DNA of 64,000 nucleotides from Octopus vulgaris (lineage: Eukaryota), in contig OX597815.1 in the NCBI GenBank assembly GCA_951406725.2, forward strand, positions 930,001-994,000, in the 5' to 3' direction. Made by a program: the position numbers and the translations under genes. This document shows, piece after piece, positions 1 to 12,717 of the stretch; position 1 is the first letter of the stretch; each line of letters begins with the position of its first letter. Under the pieces are notes generated by a model that saw only the letters and a list, made by a program, of their open reading frames with translations, searched no databases and was not told where the DNA came from.

Positions 1-56
1 AAGGTTTTTATTTAAAGTGACCTAGAAATAGGGAGTGTATTGGTATGGTTAAATAC

Positions 57-108
<52 letters not shown>

Positions 109-1522
109 TGATGATGATGATATAGGCAGTACTCCAGCATGGCTGTAGTCAAGACTGAAACAAATAAAAGTATGTCTGTGTGTATGTATGTGTGTATATA
201 TATATATATATTGAGTTAATTTGAGGAAGTCATATCCTTATTCGGGATTATAGAATCCAAGGTATTCCACTGGTTTAATCCCTATGTCTTCTCCATTTTC
301 TTCTTGTTTCCCCCGCCCCCTAGTATATATATATATAGTGACACCTTCACATGTTTATCCCTTTTGCTTTGACCTGGTCCACTCTGGCCCAGCTCTTCTG
401 CCTATTTTACATTTAAACTGGCCAGATCTGGTCTCTCACACCTACCCAACAAAGTCATTCTGAAAATAATGAATCACCAAAATCCTGAAGTTACAAGATA
501 ATGCAGGATTAATTCACAACAATATAAATAAATAATCAATGTTTAAAGGGTTGACGCCAGGTGAGCCCTGAGTCAGGTGAGGCCTTTGACCAGATAGGTT
601 TCAGCCTCCCATTACTCTGCCTTTTTACAGGCCATTGTAGATCTGCAACCAGTTCAGTGGTTTTCAACCGTTTATTTATTTATTTTATTTATTTATTTTA
701 TTTTTTATTTTATCTAGTTTCAGCTCACGAGCTGTGGCCATGCTGGGGCACCGCCATATTTGTTTTGTTTTTGTTTTTCCAGTTTCAGCTCTTGAGCTGT
801 GGCCATGCTGGGGCACCGCCATTGTGGTGAAAGAGTACAGCAGGGATCACCACCACCCCCTGCCTGAGCCTCGTAGAGCTTTTAGGTGTTTTCGCTCAAT
901 AAACACACACAACGCCCGGTCTGAGAATCGAAACCGCGATCCTGCGACCACGAGTCCGCTGCCCTAACCACTAGGCCATTGCGCCTTATTTATTTATTTA
1001 TTTTTTGGTACTCTGATCAGATCCCAAACTGTAACTTTTTAGGGGGCCACAGTAAAAGATAGGTTTTATTAAAGAAAAGTTTATTTATAGGGAGAAGACT
1101 GTCATGGTGGCATGCGGCCCTTGGGACCATTTGGGGTTGAGAACCACTGAGGTTGATTGTCTCAGATATTCATCTCTTTTCAAGACAGTAGGAGATTTAG
1201 TTGCTGTTTCTAGCAGACTGAGTGACTGCCTACAAGTTAATCTTGTTGGGCTGGCTGGCTGGCTGGCTGCATTGCTATTTTTAACTGGAGCAGAAATTAC
1301 CTTGAGGTATTTGGGTAGGAATTTAGAATCAAGTCTGGTGAGAGATTACATAACAGAGTGGAAGGTCTAGTTGCTGGCTTACAGGTGGAATGGTAAATAT
1401 TGGGTGGGAAGGGGGGGGGGAGACAATGGAATGACAGAAATAGTTGAGTGCCAGATTACAGCATGGCTGGGGGAAGGGTTTGTTTTAGGATCGGTGTGTG
1501 TGTAAGTGTGTGAATGTTTCTG

Positions 1523-1554
<32 letters not shown>

Positions 1555-1592
1555 AATATTTGTGTGTATGTGTGTGTGTATATATATATATA

Positions 1593-1929
1593 GGATCTGT
1601 TCACTTTGACCGGCAGATATAAAAAATAATTTCTTTGTAACTAAACACTTATAAACTTCATATTCTGGTAGAATGTGTCAAATAATAAGTCTTTTTCTCT
1701 TGGTGTTCTTGAGAAAATTCTGTATTTTCTAAGCTATTTGTTGTTAAATTTCTCGTATTTCGGCAATTTCAACCAGTCAATGACGTCTGTTGAGGTGAAT
1801 ACAATTACTGCTGTTGTTTGTCAGCAAGAAGTTCTGGTGGTGTACATTTTACCAATATATGAAGTTTAAAAGTGTTTAGTTACAAAAGAATTTTTTTTTA
1901 AAATCTGCCAGTCAAAGTGAAAAGATCCC
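1593..1929. mobile_element. MITE / non-autonomous DNA transposon with ~85-bp imperfect terminal inverted repeats
   Basis: Left ggatctgttcactttgaccggcagat...tttgtaactaaacacttataaacttcata mirrors right tatgaagtttaaaagtgtttagttacaaaa...atctgccagtcaaagtgaaaagatcc. No ORF. Confidence 0.8.
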
Positions 1930-4327
1930 AAAGATCTATCTATGAATATTTGTGTGTGTATTTGTCTCTATATCATCCTCATCCTCAAACCTGCATGTTC
2001 CACGCTGGCCTGGGTTTGACGGTTTGACAGGGACCTATGAGTCCAAGGACTGCACCATGCTCCTATGTCTGTTAGGGTTTCTATGGCTAGAATGCCCTTC
2101 TTGCAAACATCAGCCCCTTTACAGAGGGGGACTGGGAGCCTTTCCTTGTGCCACCAGCACTAATTAGGTCATGTCAATCTGGTAAGCCTACAAAGCCTGC
2201 AGAATGGGTGGGAGATACAACCTCACGTTAAATAGGGGTTGAGGGAAGAGGTAGAGCAGGTTCATGTTGCAGAGGGGCTGCACGGCTACCCCCATGTAGA
2301 AGAGATTGAGAATGAATTAGAAGAATCTTCAAAAAGATAGTGGTAATGAGGGTATCTAGGTGGTACCCCAGGTTGAGAAGACCTGTGGAGTCAAGTGAAA
2401 TCATTGTTGTGGCTGATGCCAGTGCCACCTGACTGGAACCCGTGCTGGTGGCACATAAAAAGCACCATTCAAACGTGGTCGATGTAAGTGCTGCCACTCT
2501 GGCTCCTGTGTTGGTGACACGTAAAAAGCACCATTTGAGTGTGGTGGAACGTAAAAGGCACCTGCTACACTCCTGGAGTGGTTGGCATTAGGAAGGGCAT
2601 CCAGCTGTAGAAGCCTTGCCGAATCAGATTGGAGCCTGGTGCAGCCCCCTGGCTTGCCAATTGTCAGTCAAACTGTCCAACCCATGGAAAGCGGATGTTA
2701 AACGATGATGATGATGAAAGGCAGTGAACTTCCACTGAAATGTGGTAAGAAAAGGGTCAGAGTGGAACCTTGTCCCTGAATGTCTGCAACAATAATTTGA
2801 TGAAAAATTAATTCTCATTGAACCAATCATTTTTATTCAGAAACACAGTTTGTCACTTCAAATGTAACTTAAATTCTGTTAATTTCTTCTGAATGTGCAA
2901 AAATGACCCAAACAAGGTCCTTATTTGTGGTCCCCTCATTTCACTAATTCAAAATTGACTTTAGTTGCCCTTTGTTACAAAGTTAAAGGAATATTCACTG
3001 ATTACTTAGTGCATTCACCCTCTTCTTTTTTACCCTTTTTCTTTCTTTACTTTTTTTCTTCTTTATTCACATCTGCAATGTTTCATAGGAATACAACTGT
3101 TCCCACGTATGTGACTGGTATCCTGTTTTGTTGACCTCTGTTGTATTTGTTCTCATGACTGGGTTGGAAGGTCAACATCCTTCCTTGCCAACCTTATTCA
3201 GGCTCTCCAAGATTGATGGTGGAAAGGGAAGTACTTGTCCTCTTGCCAGAGATTTGGCCCCAAATTCTTGCAATTACGTAAGGACCCAAGAATCAGGTAA
3301 TGGAGGCCATTTTGCACTATTTTTTCTGTCAACTGAATTCCAAATTTGGTTGACCTGAGGCTGTAGTCGAAGGCATTTGCCCCAAAAACCACAAATGGAA
3401 TTGAACCTGAAATCTTGGTAGTTGAACTGTGAATGAAAATGGCTGTAAATACCACTAGGCATTTTGTTTTTTTCATCTTGTCTGCTCCAAAATTGTGACT
3501 CTTTAACAAAATTAGAAATATTTTCAATGGGTTGGCAAGGTGGCACAACCTTTAGAATGCCAGGCAAAACACTTGACAGCATTTCATCTGTCTTCATGTT
3601 TGGAGTCCAGGCTGACTTGGCCTGGCGCTAGGGTCGATGTAATCAACTTATTCGCTTCCCTGAGATTGCTGGCCTTGTGTCAAAATTTGAAACCAACATT
3701 TTGAATCAGTTTGGAGTGGAGTTGTGGGGAGGAGGAGAAACTGATACAAGAGTCTTCCTTCTGAACCCAACCCACAAACTGGATGCTTTTGATCTGAGTT
3801 CAATTTCTGCTGAATTTGACATTTACTTTTAATGATGACATACAAAGGGTTTGGCCAGCTGTAGCAGTCTGCCATCAAACTATGCAGGTATTTCATGTCT
3901 TGTGTCAAACAACACTTCCATTACCTCTTTCAACAGTGGTGTTACCATTCCATACAAGCTCCCCCCCCCCAACTACATTTTTATTCTTCCTTCTACACAA
4001 CCTGACATTGGAAAGGAAACATCTCACATCTTCACATTGTGTCTGCCATGTTTCACTTCCCTTCTCCTTGTTTTATTGTTCTCCCTCTCTTTTCTGCCAA
4101 ATAATTCACTTCCGTTCCCATTGGAATTTTCTTCCTTGGTGAAAATATGGCTTTCTCAACATCCCTTCTTCCATTGCATCCTTTCACTCTTCCATTGTTA
4201 GACCAAATTCCTTGTAGTTTTTAGTTTCAGTCTGTTCTGTTCAGTATTCAAATCCCACGGAGGTCAGTTTTACCTCTTCTTCCAGGGTCCAAGAAATAAG
4301 GGTACCAGTGTTGTACTGCGGTCAGTT

Positions 4328-4558
4328 TTAACACTTTCATTACTGTATTTGTTTTGAGATGCTCTGTGTTTCTTTCAATTAATTTTAAATATAACAAAGA
4401 ATTTAGTAAAATAACTTAGTTATCATTAAGCTAAGTGTTAGGAACCTAAATTGTGACTAAGATTTGGTGGAAGATTTTAATTCAAAACATATGAAAACAA
4501 AACATTTGTACTACAGAGCCAGAGACAGTTTCAGCCGGGTTGGTAATGAAAGGGTTAA
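4328..4558. mobile_element. piggyBac-like MITE with TTAA target-site duplication
   Basis: TTAA-CACTTTCATTAC ... GTAATGAAAGGG-TTAA: 12-bp TIR with one mismatch and TTAA on both sides. Confidence 0.8.
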
Positions 4559-4789
4559 TCAACTGATACTACTGTTGCCTCAGTTTCTTCAAGCAAGATC
4601 CCTGCCAGAGAATTCCAAAGGAATCTTCTAAATGGTACTCACAGTGCAGCATTCCTGTATGATCCCAGTTATAAACTTTAAAAGGGATTATCTCTTAACA
4701 CCTAAGACTCTTCTCTTTGTAATTCAATCCATCATTCGATGTTCTCACAAAGAAACTGTTGCCAAAACTCCTTCGCTCATTTCTTGTAG

Positions 4790-4938
4790 GTCCTTCTGAT
4801 CGTGTGCAGTGTTTCAATTGTGGACTGAAACTTGACCAATGGGAAGCTACTGACAATGCCTGGGATGAACATAAGAAATATAAATGGGATCAGTGTTCCT
4901 TTGTTAAGGAAAGATACAATTGCTATTTGTCTCGTCAG
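4790..4938 (+). CDS. Inhibitor of apoptosis (IAP/BIRC family) exon encoding the C-terminal half of a BIR domain; upstream exons not found in the window
   Basis: ttcttgtAG|GT CCT... translates (G)PSDRVQCFNCGLKLDQWEATDNAWDEHKKYKWDQCSFVKERYNCYLSRQ, matching the BIR zinc signature Cx2Cx6Wx9Hx6-7C. Ends CAG|GTAAG (phase 0). Confidence 0.9.
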
Positions 4939-6049
4939 GTAAGCTTTCTTTCAAGTTCGTTGCCGCCTTCTTGTCTTGAGGTCAATTTCTCTCATGAAAC
5001 CTCGTTAACTTTAAAATGGTGATGGCTTCTATATTTTATCTTTTGTTTCTATCATTAGATTATGGCCATGCTGGGCACAGCCCGGAAGAACTTTCAGCTG
5101 AATTGACCCCAGCACATTTTTTTTAAGCCTGGTACTTAGTCTGATGTTTTTTTTTTTTTTGCTGAATCACTAAATTACAGGCATCTAAATACACCAACGC
5201 TGGTTGGGAAGCAGTGGTGAGGGACGGGGACACACACACACATACACACAAAACCCTATTTGCTTGGAAGATTCTTATGTATTCAATTCTATTGATGTAT
5301 TTATATATTCTGCTTTCTTCACTTTATTCTTTCATGGTATATATTCCAAGATATTTTTTTATCAAATTTAATCCTTTATAAACTTATAATACTACTTTGA
5401 CTTCACATATCACTAATATTATTTATATGAATACTTATGTTTTTATCTATAATTGATTATTTATAACTTTTAGGATGTATTATCTATTTACATCCTACAT
5501 CTTGTATGTAATGCTTATATTTTGTTTTTCTTTTCAAATATTCTCTGATTCACTTTGAAATTCTTATAATGGTCTTAATATTCTCAAAATGCTGCTAATT
5601 TTTTACATCATTCAAACATTTACGAATATATTTATCCTTCATTATTTTCTACTCTTCTGCTTGTGTCTTATAATTTTATACTTTTATAATTATCTTTATT
5701 ATTCCTTTATAATTAAAATTTAGTTATGGCTGTATTTTCATTTAATTGCTTTTTGGTCTTTTAATACTTTTTAATTACATTTTTTTTTCCATCTCTTATA
5801 AGATTTTTTGTATCTTTACTATTTATCCTTTCTTAATATCTTTTATTTTTATTGTGTCTCTCTCTGTTTATCTTGAAAACCACTCAAGTCTTTTTATTTC
5901 TCTTCCGGTTGTCAGTTCTGTTCAGTTATTTGACCAGGCATAGTTAGTCCCACTATATACGCTTCATCCTATATAAATTTCTCTCCTTTATCTACTATTC
6001 ACGTCCCCTCTTTATCTTTTAAGGATTTCTTTGGACTCGAACTGGGTTA

Positions 6050-6452
6050 CTCTTTTACTTGTTTCAGTCATTTGACTGCGGCCATGCTGGAGCACCGCCT
6101 TTAATCGAGCAACTCGACCCCGGGACTTATTCTTTTGTAAGCCCAGTACTTATTCCATTGGTCTCTTTTGCCGAACCGCTAAGTAACGGGGACATAAACA
6201 CACCAGCATCGGTTGTCAAGCAATGCTAGGGGGACAAACACAGACACACAAACACACACACGCATATATATATATATATATATATATGACGGGCTTCTTT
6301 CAGTTTCCGTTTACCAAATTCACTCACAAGGCGTTGGTCGGCTCGAGGCTATAGCAGAAGACACTTGCCCAAGATGCCACGCAGTGGGACTGAACCCAGA
6401 ACCATGTGGTTGGTAAGCAAGCTACTTACCACACAGCCACTCCTGCGCCTAC
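6050..6452 (-). mobile_element. Full-length tRNA-derived SINE with central (TA)/(TG) microsatellite. Related partial copies near 125-170, 720-830, 5035-5250, 9565-9870, 23240-23580, 24060-24358, 47890-48080, 49625-49700
   Basis: Minus strand begins ggcgcaggagtggctgtgtggtaag (A-box-like) ... ggttcagtcc (B-box-like) and ends ggcggtgctccagcatggccgcagtcaaatgactgaaacaagtaaaagag. Recurs many times in the window. Confidence 0.85.
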
Positions 6453-6649
6453 AGCTATTTAAAGAATGAAAAAAATAAAATAAAGTAGCCTTATCTCAGA
6501 AGTGGGAACATGATATCAAGGTCTCACTCCCTATTTTGCATCCCTTCCCCCCCACTTACCTCCGTTAACTTTTTACATCTTTCCTCTCTTAAAGATAATA
6601 AATAAGAGAGCATAACCTTATTTTTTAGAAGTTGAATGAATATTCTTAT

Positions 6650-7266
6650 CCCCTGCACCCTAATCCTTATCCCCTACCCCTAATCCTTATCCCCTACCCA
6701 CTAATCCTTATCCCCTACCCACTAATCCTTATCCCCTACCCACTAATCCTTATCCCCTACCCACTAATCCTTATCCCCTACCCACTAATCCTTATCCCCT
6801 ACCCACTAGTCCTTATCCCCTACCCACTAATCCTTATCCCCTACCCACTAGTCCTTATCCCCTACCCACTAGTCCTTATCCCCTAGCCCCTAATCCTTAT
6901 CCCCTACCCACTAATCCTTACCCCCTAATCCTTATCCCCTACCCACGAATCCTTATCCCCTACCCCCTAATCCTTATCCCCTACCCACTAATCCTTATCC
7001 TCTACCCACTAGTCCTTATCCCCCACCCACTAGTCCTTATCCCCTAGCTCCTAATCCTTATCCCCTACCCACTAATCCTTATCCCCTAGCCCCTAATCCT
7101 TATCCCCTACCCACGAATCCTTATCCCCTACCCACGAATCCTTATCTCCTACCCCCTAGTCCTTATCCCCTACCCCCTAATCCTTATCCCCTACCCACTA
7201 GTCCTTATCCCCTACCCCCTAATCCTTATCCCCTACCCCCTAATCCTTATCCTCTACCCACTAATC
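6650..7266. repeat. 21-bp C-rich/G-rich minisatellite (CACTAATCCTTATCCCCTACC)n
   Basis: About 29 tandem units read directly from the sequence. Confidence 0.95.
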
Positions 7267-7453
7267 TTCCTACTCCTATAAATGATCTTCACCTCCCTCC
7301 CCACTTCTGTCACCAAAATCTCTTTTCCTATATTAACTCCTAACTTGAACGAGAGTGAATTCATTTTTCTTTTTTTTACTTATCAGAGAATCATGAAGTG
7401 CTACAAACTGGTGATTTTTTGGAATGTTTTTTTATGAATGCGTAATTAGTGTA

Positions 7454-7550
7454 TGTTCCCCTGATGAAAACGTTTTTTTCTTTTCATCACGTGATATAAT
7501 AACTCCACTCATCAATAAAAAAAACTTGTTTGAAACAGCTGTAGTGAACG
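7454..7550 (+). ncRNA. Putative Penelope-associated type I hammerhead ribozyme (possibly degenerate)
   Basis: gttccc-CTGATGA-[aaacgttttttt...aaaaaaacttgttt]-GAAAC-AGCT-GTA-gtgaac. Core boxes are intact, stem II pairs, stem III is the palindromic C-AGCT-G type, and stem I has one mismatch. Confidence 0.55.
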
Positions 7551-8839
7551 AGCCATTATCCATCTGTTATTTGTTATTCGCCTTACTTGGAACCTGCTAT
7601 TAATGTAGATCTGGAGTCTGTTAAGTGCAGTACAATTGGTGCAGCGTGTGTTCCCAAATACAGCCTTGAGACTCATAATGTACTCAGTCAGGTGCAGTTA
7701 ATCGTATATACAACTGGAATAATAATCCGTCTGTACTTTGGTATGTATGTATATGTTCCTCTGATTTCATTCTGTACATGATTTCCATTTTTTGACCCGA
7801 CCCAGAGCTTTGCCATTTAAGTACCTAATTCACTTCAATCCTGGACTTTTATAACATGTGTGTGAGTATACACACACACACACACGCACACATAAAGGCT
7901 TCATGGGGTTGGGAAGCAAGTTTCTTACCACACAGCCTTGCCTGTACGTATATATATATATATATATAACATTTATTAATAATATAGAACTATATACAGT
8001 ATAGTGAAATGGTCCTAGCTGTAATATTTTGAGAAACTTGAAAGAGAATGCTATCAGCAGATTGTCAGACACTTGTTTCAACTATATTTGACCCCCTCAG
8101 TGATGAGTACCTCTGGATATTCTGAGCTAAATTGAAAAATATTTGCACAAATCAGTAAATATTTTGTTTGTAGATTTCTGTATCAGCTCAAAGTTGGTCA
8201 GAAAACTGTACAGGCTTGAAACGATCTTAGATTAAAATAATGTGTGTGTGTGTGTGTGTTACATTTATAACACTGAAGTCTCTTTGGAAAGTTTCTATGG
8301 CAAAATATTGGTTAGTGCTGTTCTGTGTTTGTATTTACCCTTTAGCATTTAAACTGGCCATAGAAGTAGTTGATAGCCTCCGTTACCTAGGTAATCAAGT
8401 CAGTAGCGGGGGTGGATGCTCTGAGAGCATAGCTGTAGAAACCTTGCCGAATCGGATCAGAACCTGGTGCAGCCCCCCCAACTTACCAGTTTTCAATCAA
8501 TCAATCCATCCAACCCATGCCAGCATAGAAAGCGGAAGTTAAATGATAATGTCTGGCCCAAATATTCTGTTTTATGTTCAAACTACCCTACAATGTTATT
8601 CTTAAAGTAATCACATCATCAAATCTCAAAGCTACAAGATGATGTATAGTTACTTCACAACAATGGGAATAAATAATTAATCCAAAGAGTTAATCCAATT
8701 CAGTTTCAAATGGGTCTTTTATTGATTAGCTTTAGGTCAAGGTTCTAGTCAGAGGTGACCTGCTTCAACAATGAGAAATGGTTCATAACTTTAAAAAAAA
8801 TTTTTTATTTTGATTTAAAATGATATAAATTTACTATTT

Positions 8840-9148
8840 AGACGAGTGTGATCGTTACCTGAGCATGATTGTTACCAGCGTCGCCTTACTGGCACCTGTG
8901 CTGGTGGCATGTGTAAAAAGATTCGAGTGAGGTCATTGCCAGTACCGCCTGACTGGCCCCGACCTGGTGGCACGTAAAAATCACCCACTACACTCTTGGA
9001 GTGGTTGGCATTAGGAAGGGCATCCAGCTGTAGAAACTCTGCCAAATCAAGATTGGAGCCTGGTGTGGCCATCTTGTTTGCCAGCCCTCAGTCAAAATCG
9101 TCCAACCCATGCTAGCATGGAAAGCGGACGTTAAACGATGATGATGAT
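8840..9148 (+). mobile_element. RTE-LINE 3' tail / RTE-related non-autonomous repeat ending in (GAT)n. Other copies at ~1970-2165(-), 2378-2716, 13450-13865, 14600-15030, 15300-16006, 25268-25400, 28500-28785, 31580-31916, 32535-32722, 49260-49580, 63760-63875
   Basis: Shared core ggagtggttggcattaggaagggcatccagctgtagaaac...gtccaacccatgctagcatggaaagcggacgttaaacgatgatgatg. The same sequence is contiguous with RTE coding remnants at 19330-22070 and 48346-49210. Confidence 0.85.
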
Positions 9149-10331
9149 GTTTGTGTGTGTGTGTGTGTGTGTGTCTGTGTCACATAAAGTAGATTATGGA
9201 AACAGATGCACTTTTACAGAAACTAACCTTGCTGTAGATATTTTGTTTAAATGACAATGCAGGAGGTCACAGGTCGGGTTTAGGACCCCTTAGGACCCCC
9301 AACTCAGACTGGTTGGCCATGTCGATCGATTTTCCTCATTCGGTCCTGCTTATCGTGTTCTCTCCACTCATAATCCAGGGTTCAAGCTGGCCGACCCTTT
9401 GCCTGATGGGGACTGACTGGGATTCTGCTTGACAGGTCACCCAGGAATATACGGACAAAAGGTGGCTGTGGCAATGGGCTGCAATGGCACATGCTCCCCC
9501 CACCCCCCACCTGACTTAGGTATGAATATCTGAAGCTAAATCCATGCAGCTGGGATTGCATTTGTCATCTTTTATTTCAGTTGTTAGGGTCAGAGACTGC
9601 GACCCGAACTGGGGCTTAATGAATTGACTCTACCACCTGCTTTTCTTTAAGCCTGCTTCTTATTCTTTCGGTCTCTTTTGCTGAACTGCTAAGTTACAGG
9701 GACATAAACACATCAGCACTGGTTGTCAAGCAACCCTAAGCACACACACAATGAGTTTGGGTTGGCCCAAGGCTATAGTAGAAGACACTTGCCCAGGTGT
9801 GATGCAGTGGGACTGAACCCAGAACCATGTGGTTGGGAAGCAAGCTTGTTACCCCACAGCCATGCTTGTTTGGGGATGTGCGAAATCTATGTCACATATA
9901 TTTGAAAAAGATGAAACAGAATCATTGTTTTTTGGCAAAGAATTAATGTGGAATTGAAACAGTGTATCACATACAAGAATACGAAGATTAGGGGTGGAGT
10001 GAGAAGTGTCTGTGGAACACTGCAACCGTATCGGTACATTTGGCATTAGTTTGTCATACCATCTGATGGGACTTGGTTACCATTAATCATACTGAACAAA
10101 CTGAACTTCAATACTTTGGATATGGCCCTGTGGCAGCACTCGATTGACTCAGCCAGTTGACCTGTTTGAATGGTAAATTATGAATTTATTCATTTGAAAG
10201 GTAAAGTATTGTTTTAAAATTTAATCTGAGATATATTTGTCTTGTGAAAGATAAAGGCAAAAGAAAATTTGTTAAACATTTTGGTTTTGAATTTAGAAAT
10301 CTAATGTGAATTATTTTTGGCTATTTTCCAG

Positions 10332-10773
10332 TTGTTTACAGAATGTAGTCTGTTAAATCGGGACCCCTTTCATCCTTCAAGACGTCCTGGAGATCGTGAG
10401 TGTAAACTATCTCGTGAAGAGTCTCAGCCATATTCCTTTGACTTGCCGAGCAAAGAAATATTAAAACATTATTCACCCCTTGCAGAATTACAGTCAAGTT
10501 CCTCATCCATCGAATCTTCTAACCAATGTGAATCACTGCAGCAACCGTCTTTGAACCCACCACCAACTTTTATGGTACCTACAACTTCAACACAGGAGAA
10601 TCTGTCTAAATCCACAGAAACTGTAGCGGCAGCAGCAATTGCCAAAGAACTAGTACCTGTGGCGCCTGCCAAATCCCAATTATCATTGGCTCCCACCATT
10701 GGAGCTGCGTATCTTTCTACAATTAGCAGTGGCCAAGAATCAATAAGTTCTTCAAAGTCTGCAACTGCTATGG
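10332..10773 (+). CDS. IAP gene middle exon, Ser/Thr/Pro/Ala-rich linker
   Basis: Acceptor ttttccAG at 10331 (phase 0, matches previous exon), open frame LFTECSLLNRDPFHPSRRPGD...SSKSATAM, donor G|GTAAG at 10774 (phase 1, matches next exon). An alternative acceptor at 10341 is possible. Confidence 0.75.
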
Positions 10774-12520
10774 GTAAGTTGTTTTAATTCAGTCTTAATG
10801 GCAGGAACTAATTTTGACTCTTAGTTTTGACTCCACCAATATCTTTCAGAAAGGTGTGACTCTCATAATTCCTACCTTCAAATATCTAAAAATAAGTTGT
10901 ACTGATTGTTGGCTAATGAACTGTCCAATAATTAACCCTATTAAAGCATTGGATAAATATTTGTCATTATCGACTTAATTACTAATTGAATATTAAAGGG
11001 GGGAGTCAGTTTTATCACCCCTTCCTCTAACCCCTTTGTACTACTTGTATTCCTTTCCCCCCATTGTTCCCTGTGGGTAGGCCCTCTCTCACTCTGACCT
11101 GCCTCTATCTCTCTCCCACCTTCCTTCTTCCTTGTCCTACTGGGCTAGCCAAGTGTCAATCCTCTGTAGTCAGACAGCTATCCCTGTCCCTCTTTCGTAC
11201 ACCAACCTTTCACCTGGCACACAGCTACTTCTCTCGGTTCCTATCCCTCTCTCAGCTGAGAGGTCCTTCGTGATCCCACAGGCACTGGGATCACATTCAG
11301 CACCACTGAAGCTACAGTGAGATGAATTGTTAAAGAAATCTACGTCGTTTTTCTCTGGTCGTATAATCCTCATCCTTTTTGCATCCACTTTCTGGCATTG
11401 AACCGGTTGAAGAGCCAAGTCTTGCTCCAACGTCTCATGCTTGTCATGGTTTCTACTGCTGGATTTCCTTTCTTAACACCGACCACTTAACAGAGTGGAG
11501 TGAGGGCATATTTTCATAGTACCATCACCAGTGAGGTTGACTTGCCATTAGCAAGTCTAACTCCCTCTCTCAAGTACCAAGGTGTCACCAGAGTGTACTG
11601 GGTGCTTATTATGGCACCAGTGATGCTGGAGTGGGGGGAGTGAACTTGTAACTTTGCAAAATGAGACACTCGCTTCCAGCCTACCCCCAACCTGATAGAG
11701 GAATATGGAGAGGTGGTCAGTGTTGGAAGGAAGAAATAACGGAGGAGGAAAGAGGGTTGAGGAGAACAGAAGTAGTCTCAGGGATTAATGTGAATAGAAG
11801 GCAGGAGAAACCCATCACCGGGTCACCCTCCCCGTTACTAGTGTATGTCTGCCATGCTAGCAAGGGTTAGATGGTTTGTTGGGGTCCAAGCCAGGTTTAT
11901 TGTTGCGGGAGGGTGGTAGGGGAGGAAAGTAAGAGAGATGGTGTTAGGGAAGGGGGTAACGGAGTAGAGGGGGGGGGCAGGTTGAGAAGGTGGAGGCGCA
12001 GTGGGGAGAGTGGTGCATGCACGATATGAAGGACCAGGGCATACCTTTAAGGTAACAAATCTTATGATGACAGAAGAGTGAGGGAAGATGGCATAAAGAT
12101 TGCTGCTCTCCCTCACTCTGGTATCATGATTGAGGAGGAGGAGGAGGAAAGAAGTGCCAAAGGATATGAGTGGTGGAGATACGGAGGAGGACTATAAATA
12201 GGAGGGAAGCTGACAACTGAGTCTTGATGGACCCTTAACTTTACACTAGGTTCTTTATTGCTCAACCCATGGATTCTAACCCTTGCTCACTAGTAAAGCC
12301 CTCATAAGCGATATATCTACTCCTAATTTCTTGAAATCAAAGCTCTTCTCTAACTAGATTCCTCTTGAAGTTGTCTCACAAGGAATATGGTATCAAGGAT
12401 GCCTTTTCCTTGGGACCAAGCTAAATTAAATATTATCTCATATGATCCAATCCCTAGGCTATGTTCTTCATTAATTAGTATCTATACCAATAATGTGTAT
12501 ATTTTTTTTTTCTTTCACAG

Positions 12521-12717
12521 AAATTGAAAGTCTCCGTCAACAATTAGCTAAATTGGAAAATGAAGTTTACTGCAAAATTTGTTTTGAAAATCATATTGAA
12601 ATAGTGTTTAAACCTTGCAAACACATGGTGTGTTGCATAGAATGTAGCAAGTCGCAGCAACACTGTCCGATCTGCCGAGCTGAAATCAATGAGAAAGAGC
12701 GAATCTATCGGCCGTGA
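12521..12717 (+). CDS. IAP gene terminal exon with C3HC4 RING finger (E3 ligase)
   Basis: Polypyrimidine tract + cacAG|AA (phase 1). Translates EIESLRQQLAKLENEVYCKICFENHIEIVFKPCKHMVCCIECSKSQQHCPICRAEINEKERIYRP*, a typical IAP-type C-terminal RING preceded by a short helix. Confidence 0.92.

Noticed and set aside
6632-6886. PLILIPY-repeat ORF; possible interstitial telomere
   Set aside because: Product of the 21-bp minisatellite; the units are not canonical TTAGGG.
7587-7781. Possible extra IAP exon (donor-like TTTG|GTATGT at ~7741)
   Set aside because: No IAP-like motif, no convincing acceptor, and the flanking exons already join in phase.
11700-12200. Purine-rich tract possibly from a Penelope element (LTFLPYHP on the - strand)
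   Set aside because: Only one weak motif; insufficient to assign.
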